From Lophium mytilinum (taxonomy: Eukaryota): DNA of 64,000 bases. The stretch lies in the NCBI GenBank assembly GCA_010093605.1, contig MU004186.1, forward strand, positions 1,158,616-1,222,615, read 5' to 3'. Position 1 is the first letter of the stretch; every line of letters starts with the position of its first letter. The position numbers and the translations under genes are program-made. Below the pieces are notes generated by a model, which did not search any database, was not told the DNA's origin, and saw only the letters and a program-made list of their open reading frames with translations. Shown here piece after piece: positions 10,864 through 24,183 of the stretch.

Positions 10864-11168
10864 CTTTAAGAGCAGGGAAGAGCAGGGCGCCGCTGGCCTA
10901 AGGCCCCCAAAGGGACCTCAGTACGGTGTCGCTGGCGCCAGCCTCGCTCGCTGAATCACGCTGAGAATAGGCGCGCTTGACCACATACCGCGCTCAAATC
11001 GCCAATACGGCGTTATGGTGCGCCGCTGAGGCTGGTGTCTCCTCACATCCCTGCCAAGAACCGTTTTTGACGTCAACCCGCGCTCGTTAAGCTTTGCTCC
11101 GAGGGTTGGCGAATGGCGATGAGATCGCAGCCGCTATTAATAGGCCCGTATACAGTCAGCGCTTAAAG
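10864..11168 (+). ncRNA. Candidate structured RNA or structured cis-element, family unassigned
   Basis: Intergenic GC-rich segment with nested complementary helices: 10934-10946/11027-11039, 11071-11079/11103-11111, 10895-10900/11141-11146 and 10864-10870/11162-11168. G-U pairs favour the + strand. Confidence 0.3.
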
Positions 11169-11641
11169 ACCACCTAGGTATCCCGTGAAAGCATCACCGC
11201 TTTGAGAAGGGTTACTATATCGATGAGTTATGGACGAGTTTGCAACTGGCTGAAAAATAGGATGTAGGTACGTGTAGAGAGGAGCCCGCACTGAGGCACT
11301 TGGGCAGGGGTGTCCATCCATCACCTCCACAATTAATCTTCTGGCGATCAAGCTTGGCTCCATAGATTACCCAGAGCTTCCATCACCAGTCACGACTTTG
11401 CGAATCCTAGACTTGAAGAAGGTTAAGAAGGAGATAAAACAGGAGTCAGACCAACATCCAATATCCATATAAAGAAAGTACAATCGGAATGTTAAGTGTT
11501 ATAACATATATCAACAGTATATTGTTATTACCGAATAAGAAAGGGTCTGCTGGACAGAGTGGCATTTGCGCATACACTGAGGATGGAGGAGGCAAGGGAT
11601 AAAGAATAGGCATTATCCAGAAATCAGTTCATCTATTGGTA

Positions 11642-13574
11642 TCAAGACTCCCCCTTCGGCGTCTCTACGCCCACTCCACCCTCTTCCTTCTTCTCCTCAC
11701 CCCCGCCTTCACCGCCGCCGGCTACCTCCCTGACCTCCGACGTTTCCACGCCCTCTTCAATCGGCGTCGTCGTCCCAGGAGCTTTCGCCCCGTTTCTCCG
11801 CTTTCTCGCCTCCGTCTTCAGCGCTTCCCACCGCTCCCGATACTGCCCCAAGACACCTTTCAGCTTCTCGTTCTGCGCCGCTGTACGTTCCTGTTCCTTT
11901 CGCGCCTGTTCTGACACCTGCAGCTGTGCCTCGAGTAGCTGTGTTAATTCTGCGATCTTGGCCGCTGAGACGTCGTCTTCAGCCGTGACTGGTGCTGTAG
12001 CTGCTGCTGATGTTGACGAAGCATCGGGTATTGGTTGGGGTCCTGCGCTTAATTTGAGCCTCGAGGAGGGCGTGCGCGCGGCAGCAGCCGAAGGCGGAGG
12101 CATCATATTTGCCCCCTTCATAGCTTGCGCGAGTGCAGCTGGATCGCTGGTGGCGGCGTGGATGCCGGGTGAACCACGATTGCGCAGACTGGCTGCCAGC
12201 GCCAGCGATTGGCTCTGGGACGTTGCCTCCCACATCTGTAGTCTGCGGGACTGCTTATCTAATAGAGCACGTAATGTGGTATTTTCTAACTCTATCTCTT
12301 CCACAGTTTTCCGCCCTGCACCTCGGCCCGCGGGAATGCTGTTAGGGGGTGGTTTCGTCGCGGTATTTGCGTTTGGTTTGCGCCGCATGTGACGCGGAGC
12401 CGTAGGAGAGGGTGGATATGGTGTCTCCATCGCGTCTACGAACTCATCATGTTGGCTACCACGGTCGGAGGAGGTTTCCTCGACCAGGTCGGGAAGGTGA
12501 CCTGATGCGTGCTGGAGGATGCCGGCATAAGATACAGTGCCGCCGGAAGTGGGCACAACATAAAACGATTCGGCGGCACCACCGAAGCGTCCATTGCGGT
12601 CTGGGTCCTCTCGAAGGGCACGGAGAGCTGGTTTTGATATCAAAGTCGCATAGTCGGGCTCGTTAGTCGTGGTCGAGCGCACGGGCTTGATAGGAGCGGG
12701 GGCGGGGTTAGGAGTTGCAGGAGTCGGAGTAGAATATGGCCCCAGAGGAAGACTGGCAAAGGCCAGAGGTGCGGAAATCGCCGAGAAGACATTCTCGAAC
12801 GTGGAGTAGAACTTATGGAAGCGGTCGTCGGATGTAGCAGTCGCTGCCTCGGAAGCTTGGGAGACTTGTGACTGTTGCGCATTATCAACGGACTGTGACC
12901 GTCTCTGCGAACCCTCTGTCCTCGTTTCGTCAACTCCTTTCACCTGACGTTGTACGGCATCCTTCGCTGATAATGCTGACTCTTGCGCTTCTGCGCGGCT
13001 TTGTCTCTCAATGCGACTAGGTGCGTTAGCTATAGCATTCGCGACAGATACAGTCGCGCCAGCTGCTACCCCCCTCTTTGGTTGTGCACCCGGTATCCCT
13101 CTTGCGTTTGCTAGGTTGGTCACTATGGATGATGCAGGATCTCGGGAGGGTCTGCGATGGGTAGCCAGTCGGGACGGTGAAGAGGTAGATGCGGGAGAGG
13201 CGGATCTGGTACCGGGAGCGCCTGGGGAAGCTAGCCGAGGCCGTGTTGAAGATACTGTAGATTCTGACTGCGGATCCTGGTGGCTTGCAACAGACGCACG
13301 TGCTGCTGGTGTCTTGATAATACTCGCAAGCCGGTGATGCTGGCTTTCGAGGAGTGCAAGGATCCTCAGGGCCTACCTGCTTGTTAGACTATCCCTGGGC
13401 TTGGATGAGCATATTCTGTCATACCTCTGGGTCTCCGGTCGTTTGGGCTGCTTTTGCAAAGTGCTGCGCGGCCAGCTCATGCTCAGCACTCGCAGTGGAC
13501 ACGTCGGAATTAGCGGTCGCGGCGACGGCGTTTCTGACATGGTTTTGAGCGAGGGTGAGGGGTGCTTGTTCCAT
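11642..13574 (-). CDS. Conserved fungal protein with an N-terminal MIT-like helical domain and C-terminal coiled coil; possible Atg38/NRBF2-like
   Basis: Exon 13574-13425 (MEQAPLTLAQNHVRNA...), intron 13424-13373, then ALRILALLESQHHRLA in frame with ORF 11642-13123. Internal ESFYVVP motif and coiled-coil segments. Confidence 0.8.
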
Positions 13575-14479
13575 CGTTGCAGATAGAAAAGAGTCTGGTA
13601 GGATACGCAGTGTTCATAGTTCGGGTGGAGGTTCGAGGGTGAGGGGCAGTCGGTGCCTGTTCACTGATGTCTGGTGCTCATCCATGGATGTGAAGACGAG
13701 CCAAGACTTAGAAGGCTGAAGCCGAATGACTCTGTGTGGTAGCCAATCAGAGACCAGCATATCAGAGCATCGTGGGCACCTGATAAGTCTCTATATTTGA
13801 ACTTGTCTATTCACTATAGCTAGTAATGGCAGACCTATCTTACATGCTTCGGCCGGACCTCTGGCAGCCACAACGTATATATCAGAATGCAGCATAAGCT
13901 CTCACAGAGGTTCGTGGTTCGAGGTATATTGTGCAACTCGCAGTATAGTTGCGCAGACAGTTCATAAACGGCGCCATGTCACCAAGCGTGATACAAATGC
14001 CGCTACCATCGTCCGTGGCACTGAAGTGCTGTTGCAAAGTATGGCGTGGTCCCCAGTGATGGTGATGGCTTCACCATTGCCACAGTCGAGATGACGTGCA
14101 GGGATGGCTTTCAGATTGTACCTGTAGGGCTGTTCATGCATCACCAGGTGCCAGGATCACCTCGGCCGTGGCTGTGCAGAGTTCCCCGTCCTTCAGCTCT
14201 GCTCTCTTGCTTCTGCACTCGCTACCCCGAGCAGCCTCTTGATCCTGCTCCAGCTATTATGAATATGCTTTGAGCGCTTGTCGCTGCTTTCGGGAGCCAC
14301 CTTTCGCATTTGTACGTCACCATTCGCCAGCCGCAGAGTGACCAAGCACTTGCACTCTACACAAAGCTCCTAGCTCCACCATCCATGGGCCCATTCCTAC
14401 TGTGGACTGACGCCATTCCCACTCTCCTGCCTGCCGAGCGTCTATTCGCAGTGCCCCTTTGCCGCTGCCGATAACAAGT

Positions 14480-17400
14480 ATGGAGGCCTCGATTGACCGA
14501 ACTCCCAGCAACGTCTCCGAAACCAGTCGCTCCAACTCAGGCCTGTCCACCCTCCTCAAAGGCCGGCGCAAGTCTAAACCGAACAATTCGTCCACAAACT
14601 CCATCGCAAGCAGCGATACACATGGCGACGGTTCGAGTGGGATGAGGTCATCCTTGGACGGCGCGCTGGAGAAGCTCAAGACGAGGAACTCGGAGGAGCG
14701 GCGCGACAGCACAGAGTCTACCAATGGCACCAGGGACAAGATGGCGAAGCTCTTCAAGGGCCGGCGACGGCGCAGGAAGTCGAGTGCACAGGACGATGCC
14801 TCCCAGGTCGACTTGACTGAGGACATACCCCCGCTTCCCAGTACGAGCATGCTGTCCTTGGGCAACAGCGCACACAGCGAGGAATCGCTGCGACTGCATA
14901 GGAGCGTGCCGAGCAGCCTGTTGACGGAGGATTCAGACACGGAATCGTAAGTCAACTGTTTCTTTCACGTCTTGAATTCGTTGTCGAGCATCGCGCCCAG
15001 CCCGTGCTTTATTGGAGCTGAAAGATGGGAAGTCCCTGCCACCTGCGAGCTCGGATCTCCGCTGGCGAACAGCACAGGCTTCAGCCATCAACATCCTCCC
15101 CACCATCTCTACCACCTCATTCATACAAAGCCGCAGGCGGTTGCTTATACGCATTTGTATCCTCATTCGTGATACCTTAGACTCTCGTTGCGCTTTCCCT
15201 TTGTCCCTGCGTCTTTGCACGCCATGTGTCACCGCTAATCAGCCGCTTTCTCACTCAGCCCACCTGTTCGGCCCTCACTCTCACCGCACCAGTCGCATGC
15301 TGGCTACTTGACCACCTCATCGCCCTTGATATCCTCCGAAACCCTCGATTCCCCTACCTCCATATCAACCGTCACCGAACACGCAACCCCCCTCGACGAC
15401 ACGCTGGCTCCCAAAAACACCAGCACGCTCAGCGCAAACTCCGAACCCAAACGTAGCCCTTCGCCAGTAGGCAAACTCAAGGAAGCCTTTGCGCCTACAC
15501 GTCGATCGACCTCGCCAAGACCTGGAGGGGACAACGACTCCACCAAGTCTGGGTTGGGTGGCGGTCTCGGAGGGCTATTTGGGGGAGTGGGCAAGAAGGG
15601 AGGATCCACCTCGAGACGCGGCTCCAGTACGCTCGACGAACCCCCTACAATACACATTTCGCACGAGACGCAGTCGACGCCCGTTCTACCATCTGCTTCG
15701 CCACCTAGGATAATAACCACCATCCCGGCTACTCCACCCAACCTAGGGGAAGCTCCGACCACGTTGGTGACGCCGCCCACGCCTACCGACGGAAAGGCCT
15801 CGTCACCAACAGACTCGAACAGAAGCTTGCAGACTTCCGCAAAGCCTGTCACGCACCAACAGTCGCAGTCCAACTCAAACATCGTAACATCTCCTTCGGG
15901 GAACATGATATCGCACAGACGCGTGCGATCAGCTACAAATCCTCCCAGCAAACTGTCGAACTCCATATCTGCGCCTCTAACACCCACAATAGAAGAGACA
16001 AAAACACCCGGGGGGTCTCTCTCTAGTCCTCAAAACAACAGTGGTTTTTTCTCGTCTGTCTTCTCTGCGGCCCAGAACGCCGCCACGCAGCTCTCGACGA
16101 CTATAGCAAACACATCAATCTCCACTGGGTCCAAAAACAAGGCCAACAGCAACCTTCAGACCGAGGAAGATAAAACGGGCGACGTCGGCGGCGAAGAAGT
16201 AATTGGGCCAGAGTCCGAAGGTGTATCCACGGAAATTCCCGGGACCGAGCCTCGTCAGCTCGCTGTGGAGACGTTAGGATCTGGGGATCTTAGTTTGGCT
16301 CAGCTTGGCATTTCTGAAAGCACAGACCCAAGTCCCATGACTTCAAAATCGAACCTCGTAGAGCCGTCGTTGCTACCAAATGACCACGCTTCTGCGAAGG
16401 CAGAGGACATAGCTGCTGCACAGGCAGTGTCCGCCGCATATGCTGCAGAAAAGCCCAATGGAGTTACAAACTCTGAAAGACCCCGCTCGCTAACCACGCT
16501 TTCAGGCGGCGGCGTATCGCCTCCAAGGTTACCCGATAGTCTTGACTCCCCTGGCAGCGTAGTCCAGCGTACTGGTAGCATTAGAAGCCGGATAAGTGGT
16601 GGTAGAAAGAGGAGGCACCGAGGTAGTTCAGCAACCACTGGCCACACGATAGCAGCAGCTATAGGTGCCAGTACTGCTACATTGGCACATCCAGCTGCAC
16701 TCGCCAACGGTCAGCGACTGCAAGGAACAGGTTTTGCGGTCGCACCCGCGAAGCGCAACAGGGATTTTCACAATCTTTTTCGAAGTGTACCAGAGGACGA
16801 TTATCTTATCGAGGATTACAGCGCAGCATTACAACGAGACATCCTGCTTCATGGCCGCTTATACGTTTCGGAGGGACACATATGCTTTTCCAGTAACATC
16901 CTTGGATGGGTCACCAACTTGGTAATAAGCTTCGACGAGATAGTGACAGTAGAGAAGAAAAGCACGGCGGTAATCTTCCCTAATGCTATTGTAATCCAGA
17001 CATTACACGCTCGGAACGTATTCGCGAGTTTTGTTTCCCGAGATTCTACCTACGATCTCATAATAGGCATCTGGAAAATCAGCCATCCGAACCTCAAGAG
17101 CTCAGTGAATGGTGTGACGCTTGATGGAGCTGGGACTGGCGACAAGACCGAAAAGGACGAGTCAGTGGGCAGTGAAGATGGTTCTATCGACGGCTCAGAT
17201 GATGAGGTCTATGACGAAGATGCCGAAGACGAAGAAGGCTTAGGCAGCTTCACCGAAGCCGGCGAAGGCAGCATCGCCGGTAGCGAGGGTGATTCTATGC
17301 AGGCTGCGAGTCGGAAGGCGTCTGCGGCTGCACTTGGTGCGCCAGTGAGTGGAGGTACGAGCAAGATCGTAGACAACGCCGAAGCCGCTCTTGCCGGAGC

Positions 17401-18617
17401 CACGGCCACACAGGACTTCCCTGGATCGCCTACGCATGCACCCACAGAGTGCGGTGATGGAGATAGTCACTACGACAAGCTCCTGATCGATACGACGATT
17501 GCTGCCCCGCTCGGAAAAATCTATTCCCTCATGTTCGGGCCCGCGTCTGGCCAATTTATGCGGAAATGGCACATTGAAGACCAGAAGTCGACAGAGTTGC
17601 AAATGGAGGATGACAAAAAGGGCCTCGACCAGGATATAAAGACCATGAACATTTCTTACATCAAACCCCTAGGAGGTGGCTTGGGCCCGAAGCAAACGAA
17701 ATGCCTGGTGGCGATGACACTAGAACAATTTGATCTAGACAGGGCGGTCACGGTCTTATGTTCAACGCAGACGCCGGATGTACCAAGCGGTAATGTGTTT
17801 CTCACAAAGACAAGGTACTGCTTGATGTGGGGACCAGGCAATTCGACGCGCCTAATTATGACGTGTACGGTGGAATGGTCTGGGAAGAGCTGGCTGAAAG
17901 GTAGCTAACACCCTTACATGCTCAGACCGAGCTGGCAAGATCTGACTGTTGTACTTAGGGCCAATCGAAAAAGGCGCAAACGACGGCCAGATTTCCTACG
18001 CGAAGGACATCACGACCGCCCTCAGAGCCGCCGTCACGACCAAAGCAGCCGTCAAGGGCGCTCAACGCGGCAGAGGCAAAGGCCGCAAGCGCCGCGGCGA
18101 CACCTCTCTCGACGAAAGCCTGATACCCACACCTGGCGACGAAATCGAAAAGATAACCACCCACAAGCCTGTTAGCTGGGGCGTGTTGGAGCCCTTGCAC
18201 GGCCCCCTCGGCCCTGTTGTCGACATCATCGGCAGCTTTGTGTCCGGGCCGACTGTTATCGCGGTCCTGTTTGCTTTGCTACTAGTTTCGTGGCTGAGGA
18301 GGCCCGCCGCACCGGGCTTGGGCAGTCTCGGTGTCCCTGGGCTCGCAACGCCGCAGCGCGTAGCAGCGTACGAGGAGATGTGGCGCAAGGAGGAGAGCGA
18401 GCTGTGGCGATGGCTCGAGGAGCGAGTGGTCATCGACCGCGTGCTTACGCCGCCTGCTGAAAGCGATGCGTGGCGTAAGAAGCAACGTGTCGGAGGGATG
18501 CAAGAGAGGTTGGTAGAGGAGAAGATGAGCGAGCGGCAGATCGATGAGGCGATCAGGGTGACGCAGGAGAGGCTGGAGGCGTTGAAGGATGCGGTTGAGA
18601 GGAGGAGGGAGCGTTAG
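14480..18617 (+). CDS. LAM/Ltc-family sterol transfer protein (GRAM + VASt + C-terminal TM), Ysp2/Lam4-like
   Basis: Exons 14480-14946, 15259-17900 and 17959-18617. GRAM motif RNRDFHNLF..LIEDYSAALQRDILLHGRLYVS, VASt motif TQTPDVPSGNVF..WLKGPIEKG, and TM segment VIAVLFALLLVSW. Confidence 0.93.
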
Positions 18618-20441
18618 GAGTGTATAGGCTTGGATTATTGAAAGTTCTGGCATTCGCAAACGGTGTATTATATAAGCGTATTGAGGAGTTGTTATGTGAG
18701 ATGGATTCACTCGATGGGTTCTTGGACTTTGGTGGACTTTTGGACCTTGTGGAGTGTGTACGCGTTGCGCGTTAGTTGAATAAATACCCTCCTTGAGAGA
18801 AGTGTGAGTTTATATTGTTGTGTTGATTTGACCCGCCGCTTTTGTGTATTCTTTTCCAATATCCCTAGCATATCCTGTTGATCTTACCTTTGTACCGTGA
18901 ATCTTTTCGGATGCCTACGGGCCCTAAAGCGCCGTGCCTCTATGTATATATAACTCCTCGCACGAGTCTTCATATCTGTAAGCCATCATTTTAGCAAAGG
19001 CTCTTCAGGGACGAGAAAAGCTGAGCAAAAGTGTGACAAAAAGGGGGATCAATCAGACATCCAAGGAAGAAATTGCCGCTCAACGCGCATCTGTCATAGG
19101 TTCGAGTCGATGGCTAGCGTGGAAACCGCGAATGTAGGAATGTTTCATCATATGATCGTGGGGAATTGAAATAATTGAGATATATTGCTTACCATAAGCA
19201 AAGATAGAGGAGGCCAGGTTATATTATGAAGCTGTTTTGGCGGGTGAGATTTGCTGTGCTGGTTGAGTGGAAGGGCTTGGTAAGGAGAAACGCTGGTCCT
19301 ATAGAACGCTTGGTTTCGTGGAACGGTTAGTGCTCTTCGGCGAGAGGCTTTGCGCAGATGAGTTGAAATCCTGGGTCGAACTTCTCATGTGTGGAGCTAG
19401 TATGGCTCATTGTCACCACATGTTGTGGGATTGTCTCGGTTCGGGTGATGTTTCTTTGCCTTGGCCTGCGTGGAAGCCTAGTGACTTATACATTCATGTC
19501 GAGGTGGTGGATGGTGAAAAAGTGCTTCGTGGATCGAAATCATCATAGGCGCGGTCGTCGAATGAAAGGCCCTACTGCCATGTGTTATGACACAGCTGGG
19601 GGCGTGTCATCTTTCTTTGCCTTGGCTACCGAATCTTTGAGGCGGAGGAGGTGGTACGGACCTGTGATGCCGCAGCAGAATTTGTATCAGGTCAGGAAAC
19701 ACGACGTTGAAGGAAAGGTTTGGGTGCTGACCCACGTAATCCATGGCTTAGGTGATGCGATCGATTCAGCCCCACCGCGGCGAACCGAAGGCATGGGACT
19801 CGCTTCATCCAAGGTTGACTGCACCCTGGATGTTACAAGAATAGTCGCAGGCCTCCATGGATGTGCTCACTTATCATATGCGCCTCAACCTTTCAACACC
19901 CTCCTTTTGCAATCTCCTTCATCTGCCTCGATGCTGCTACTCGCTTGATAAAACCGCTCTCTGATATTATCGTCTTGGATCTCTTGTACGTAATCACACT
20001 GTCAGCGACCCTCATCTCGCGAATGATAATTGAAAGAATACCTGTCTCAACATCGCGCATACCATCCAAACTAGAGTTCACAATCGGGTTGGTTATCCGC
20101 CGTCCCGTCCAACTCAGCGAGCATGCAAGTCACGAATATCAAGCAGCCCTCGTAGAGAAAAGAAACACTCGTCCCATTCCCAATACTGACTGGTAATACT
20201 AACCCATCCCCGGATCTCTATCCACTAAGATCTATGCTGAGCTACTCGACCAATGTCCGACTTCGCTAGCTTTTGTCGATCCTTACAAGACCCCCCCACT
20301 CCTCATGACCCTCTTACTTAGTCGAGGGTCTCATTCGCATACCAAGCTCAACTGAAACTCCCAACGCCTTACAAGAATAGTAGAATTCATATAGGCTTCA
20401 ATGATGCGGCGCGGCCGCGAGGCGGACGTAGCTAAATTTAA

Positions 20442-21891
20442 TCAATGCACGTGCCCAATCTGCGTAACCAGCGGAATCAGCATGCCCACCACCGCCGTCG
20501 CGACCTCGCTGGCGGACGGGTGGGCGCTCTTGGGCGCGGCGCTGCTGCGGCTGTACGGGTCCGCGTAGCCGTTGGAGCCGGCATCGAAGTCGTGGGAGTG
20601 GGTGGGCGTAGCCGCGGAGTCGGTCATGGAGTGCATGGCGACGTACCTTCGCTTCATATTAGCTACACATCGTTTAATAGTAGGAGGGAGGAATTAAGCG
20701 ACTTACAGAAACGTCCCCCCTGAAAATAGCAATACGCACCCCGTGGCCCATGTCAGGCCGTCGTCGCCGCCGAGCCGGGCGCGGCCAAGGAGGTGCACGG
20801 CGGACCAGGTGACGAAGGCGCCGGCGGGCGCGGCGAGGCTGAAGAGGAGGAGGTGGGTGCGCGCGGTGCGCTTGGAGATGCCTTGTTTGAGCAGCACGGA
20901 GGTGAGGCCGAAGGCGGCGGGGGCTTTGTGCAGCATTATGGCTAGGAAGACGATGAAGCCGAGTGATGTCGATGGGGCGGTGGTGGAGGCGCCGAGGGCG
21001 ATGCCGTCCGCGAAGGCGTGGATGATGAGGCCGATTGTGGTCGCTGAGGAGCGCGGGCTTGGTGGTTCCATTCCTGGAGCCGGGGAAGAAGGGATGCCGG
21101 GCGAATTCGAGTGATGCGAGCCGCGGGATAGATTAGAAAGGTCTATGTGGAGGGGTCTGTATTTCGGCTGCGAATGGCCGAGCGTGTCTGGTAGCACGTC
21201 CACGAGATACATGAGGATGAAGCCGAGGACGAGGGAGACGCCAACCCAGGCGTGAGGCTCGCGGCCTTCGCGCTCTTCTGAAGTCTCGACTTTGGGTTGT
21301 GGGTGGATACGCTGCTTGCCCAAATCACCTTCGGATGAGTCGTCATCGCCTTGGGGCTTCTTGGGGTGGTTCTCGTCCTCGTCATCGGTGTCGTGGGTGG
21401 CATCTTGCGCATCTTTTGCGGCGTCTTGAGCGTCCTTTGCTCGCGGCACTATGACTACACCGGGAGCTTTGATGGCGCGGAGCTCAAGATAGTCCGATTT
21501 CACAGCCTTGGAGGCTATGGTGCGGGGGGGCACAGCGGTCATTTGGGGGTGTTCAGCGTATTTCCATTGCTGAGCTTCTGACCACTCTACTGACCGCGCC
21601 GCATGGTCATGGCTATGGCTCTTCTTCCCAATGCTGTACAACGTCTCAATGCCTTCTGGAATGATGACTATGAGCGCAGTTCCGACTAGCACACCGGTCC
21701 CCAATGCGGATATGAATCGTAATTGGCGTTGGGAGAGCGAAAGGGAGAGGGGAAGGGCGCCGGCGAGAAATGACCTGTATAGCTAGAAATTAGACCAAGA
21801 CACTCCGGAGGTGGCGGATTCCAGCAGCGTTTTCTTACGCGATTGCCATGAGGGTGCTCAGAGCGAGCAGCATAAACAGGCCGTCCCACAT
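20442..21891 (-). CDS. ATX2: ZIP-family zinc/manganese transporter (ATX2/ZIP9-like)
   Basis: Exons 21891-21839, 21774-20707 and 20646-20442. Motifs GVLVGTALIVIIPEG, IHAFADGIALG, LHKAPAAFG and FSGGTFLYVAMH. Confidence 0.9.
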
Positions 21892-22153
21892 GATGGGTGG
21901 TTGATGGCCTCAAGCAGCCAGGTGGAACAAGGGGGATGTATACGGGGGAGGCGGCTACGATGGCAGGACTGAACAGTACACAGCGGCGGTCATGTTGCTC
22001 CAGATTCAGACATGTCTTCGGTGTGTAGATGCAGCAATGGTGGTCTTTGGTAAGAGTGGAGTGGAGGAGGTCCAACAATCTTGAACTGGTAGGGCTGATA
22101 GCTTCGCCCGTGCACAGTCCACCGTAACCCGTTTTCTTAAGAGCTGCGCCAGA

Positions 22154-22252
22154 ACGCGTGAAGTGCTTCGCGCGACTGCTACACCATTTCTCCACCTCAC
22201 TTGCTCGCTCGCCTCTTGTCGAACTCTACAACACACATTATTTGCGCGCGAC
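22154..22252. promoter_or_regulatory. MCB-like (ACGCGT/CGCGA) motifs in the divergent ZIP/HAT1 promoter
   Basis: ACGCGT at 22154-22159, TCGCGCGA at ~22168 and GCGCGCGA at ~22244, upstream of the HAT1 ATG. Confidence 0.35.
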
Positions 22253-22337
22253 TATTTCGACGTACTCATAGCATAGCGCATACCTCCTTTCATTTGATAG
22301 AGTGTCCATCGCGCTTCCACGCGCATTACTCACCACC

Positions 22338-24183
22338 ATGGAGGAGATTACCACAGACTTCGAGAAGTGTAAGCCTACCTAGCGTTGACAACTATCGCGA
22401 GCCCTTGCTTGCCACCGTTTGAGGTGCTTCAACAGCGCATAAAACTTCCAAAAATATATAAACTCCTTCAAAGCCCGAATCAGAGCCAAACCCCCCAACA
22501 ACTCGAACGCTGAACGCTTCACAATTCCTTTATCCCAAACCCGATGCTGACGATATCACCAGGGCTGACTCCCGCGAACGATGCCTTCAACCTGAATCTG
22601 GTGCGACCCACCAGCGAAGCAGGCGACCCCCAGCGCATCTTCGAAGAGCCTTTCCACCCAGAGTTCACATTGGATATGTTCCCTCAAGAAGAGATGATTA
22701 TCGGATACAGCGACCTAGAGCTAAATCTTGACTTTCGTGCCAATGACCTCAAGCCGTCGCTGCAGATCTCATATGGCGAGAAGTGGAAGGGAGTTGGGGA
22801 ACTTAAGCCCATGGATTTGAATGAGGTGCTGAAGAAGTTCCTACCACCCTGTAAGACATATCCAAGCTAAAGCTCCATCATGGGAATGTTTGGAGCAAGC
22901 GGGATGAGGAGAAGCGCTGACATGATACAGATGCATTCGAAGGCGTTGAAGACGACTCAACCGGTCCGGACGCAACCGACAGCTCCTGGAAGCCCCCTGG
23001 CAAGCATATGAAGTCCTATGCTCTTCACGGCAGGCAGTTTGAGATATGGAGCGCCAGCTTTAGTGACCCTGTGGCTAGAGACATCTTTCGCCGAATGCAA
23101 ATATTCATTCCGTTCTTCGTTGATGGTGGTAGCGTACAACAGCTAGACGACGAAAGTGAAGATGCTTGGCAGATACACCGATGGACGCTGTTCTTGACGT
23201 ACGAGGTTACGCCGCTGAAGAAGATGCCTGGTGTCTCTCCCTACACACTAGTCGGCTTCGCGACATCGTACAAGCACTGGATATACCCAACTAAGGAGGT
23301 CATGGAAGCTACACAGACAAAATCCTTCTTTCCAGACCCGGAAAAACCTCCTGTTCCACTGCAATCCGCGATAGACCCCCAAACCTCTGAGTACCTCGAG
23401 CCATACGATCAGCTTTCAGGTCCCTCCCGCGAATGCATCTCCCAGTTCGCCATTCTACCACCCTACCAAAAGCAATCGCACGGCTCGCACCTTTACGACA
23501 CCATGTTCGCAGCCTTCGTCGCCCTCCCTAACATCTACGAAATCACCGTCGAGATGCCTAACCAGGCCTTCGACGACATGCGCGACTGGTGCGATCTGCT
23601 ATACCTGCGCAAAATACCAGAGTTCACCGCCCTCACTCTCCCCACCGCCATAGAATCCAAGGAACTCGCAAAGGACGCCCCAATCCCCAAAGACAAAATC
23701 ATCGGCTCCGAGAAAGCCCTTACCGCGCTACGCCACAAGTGCAAGATCACTACTCGCCAGTTCCAGCGCCTGGTCGAGATGCAACTCCTCAGCACCATAC
23801 CCGTAGGGAACCGCTCTGTGAGCCGCCTCACACGGAAGGAGAAGAGCAAGGATGAGAACGACCGCCGGTTCTACTTCTGGCGGCTGGCGCAAAAGCAGCG
23901 TCTGTACCTGCACAACTTCGATAGTCTAATGCAGATTGAAGCGGACGAGCGGATTGAGAGGGTCGCGGAAACGGCGAACATTGTCCAGGCGGATTGGGAG
24001 CGGTTGTTGGAGGGCGCAAAGCGGCGTGCTGAGTGGAGGGCTCAGGATGGCGACAGCGCCAGTGCCGGATTGAGGGGGCCGAAGCGGAGGAGGGTGGTTG
24101 AGAGCGAAGAAGATGACGAGGACGAGGACGAGGACGCTGATGAGAGGGAGACTGTGGCTGCTAAGCGGCCGAAGGTTTCGTGA
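22338..24183 (+). CDS. HAT1: Histone acetyltransferase type B catalytic subunit
   Basis: Exons 22338-22368, 22563-22850 and 22931-24183. Motifs FHPEFT..F..EE.IIGY, FFVDGGS, ISQF.ILPPYQ...HGS.LY and EITVE.PN.AFDDMRD. Confidence 0.9.

Noticed and set aside
10955..11000. TPP riboswitch (GCTGAGA..CTTGA)
   Set aside because: Lacks the downstream GATAATNCCAGCGAAAGG-type element, and no thiamine gene or host intron is nearby.
18700..20400. Short ORFs such as 19391-19948
   Set aside because: No motifs, coherent splice structure or coding bias; treated as convergent intergenic DNA.
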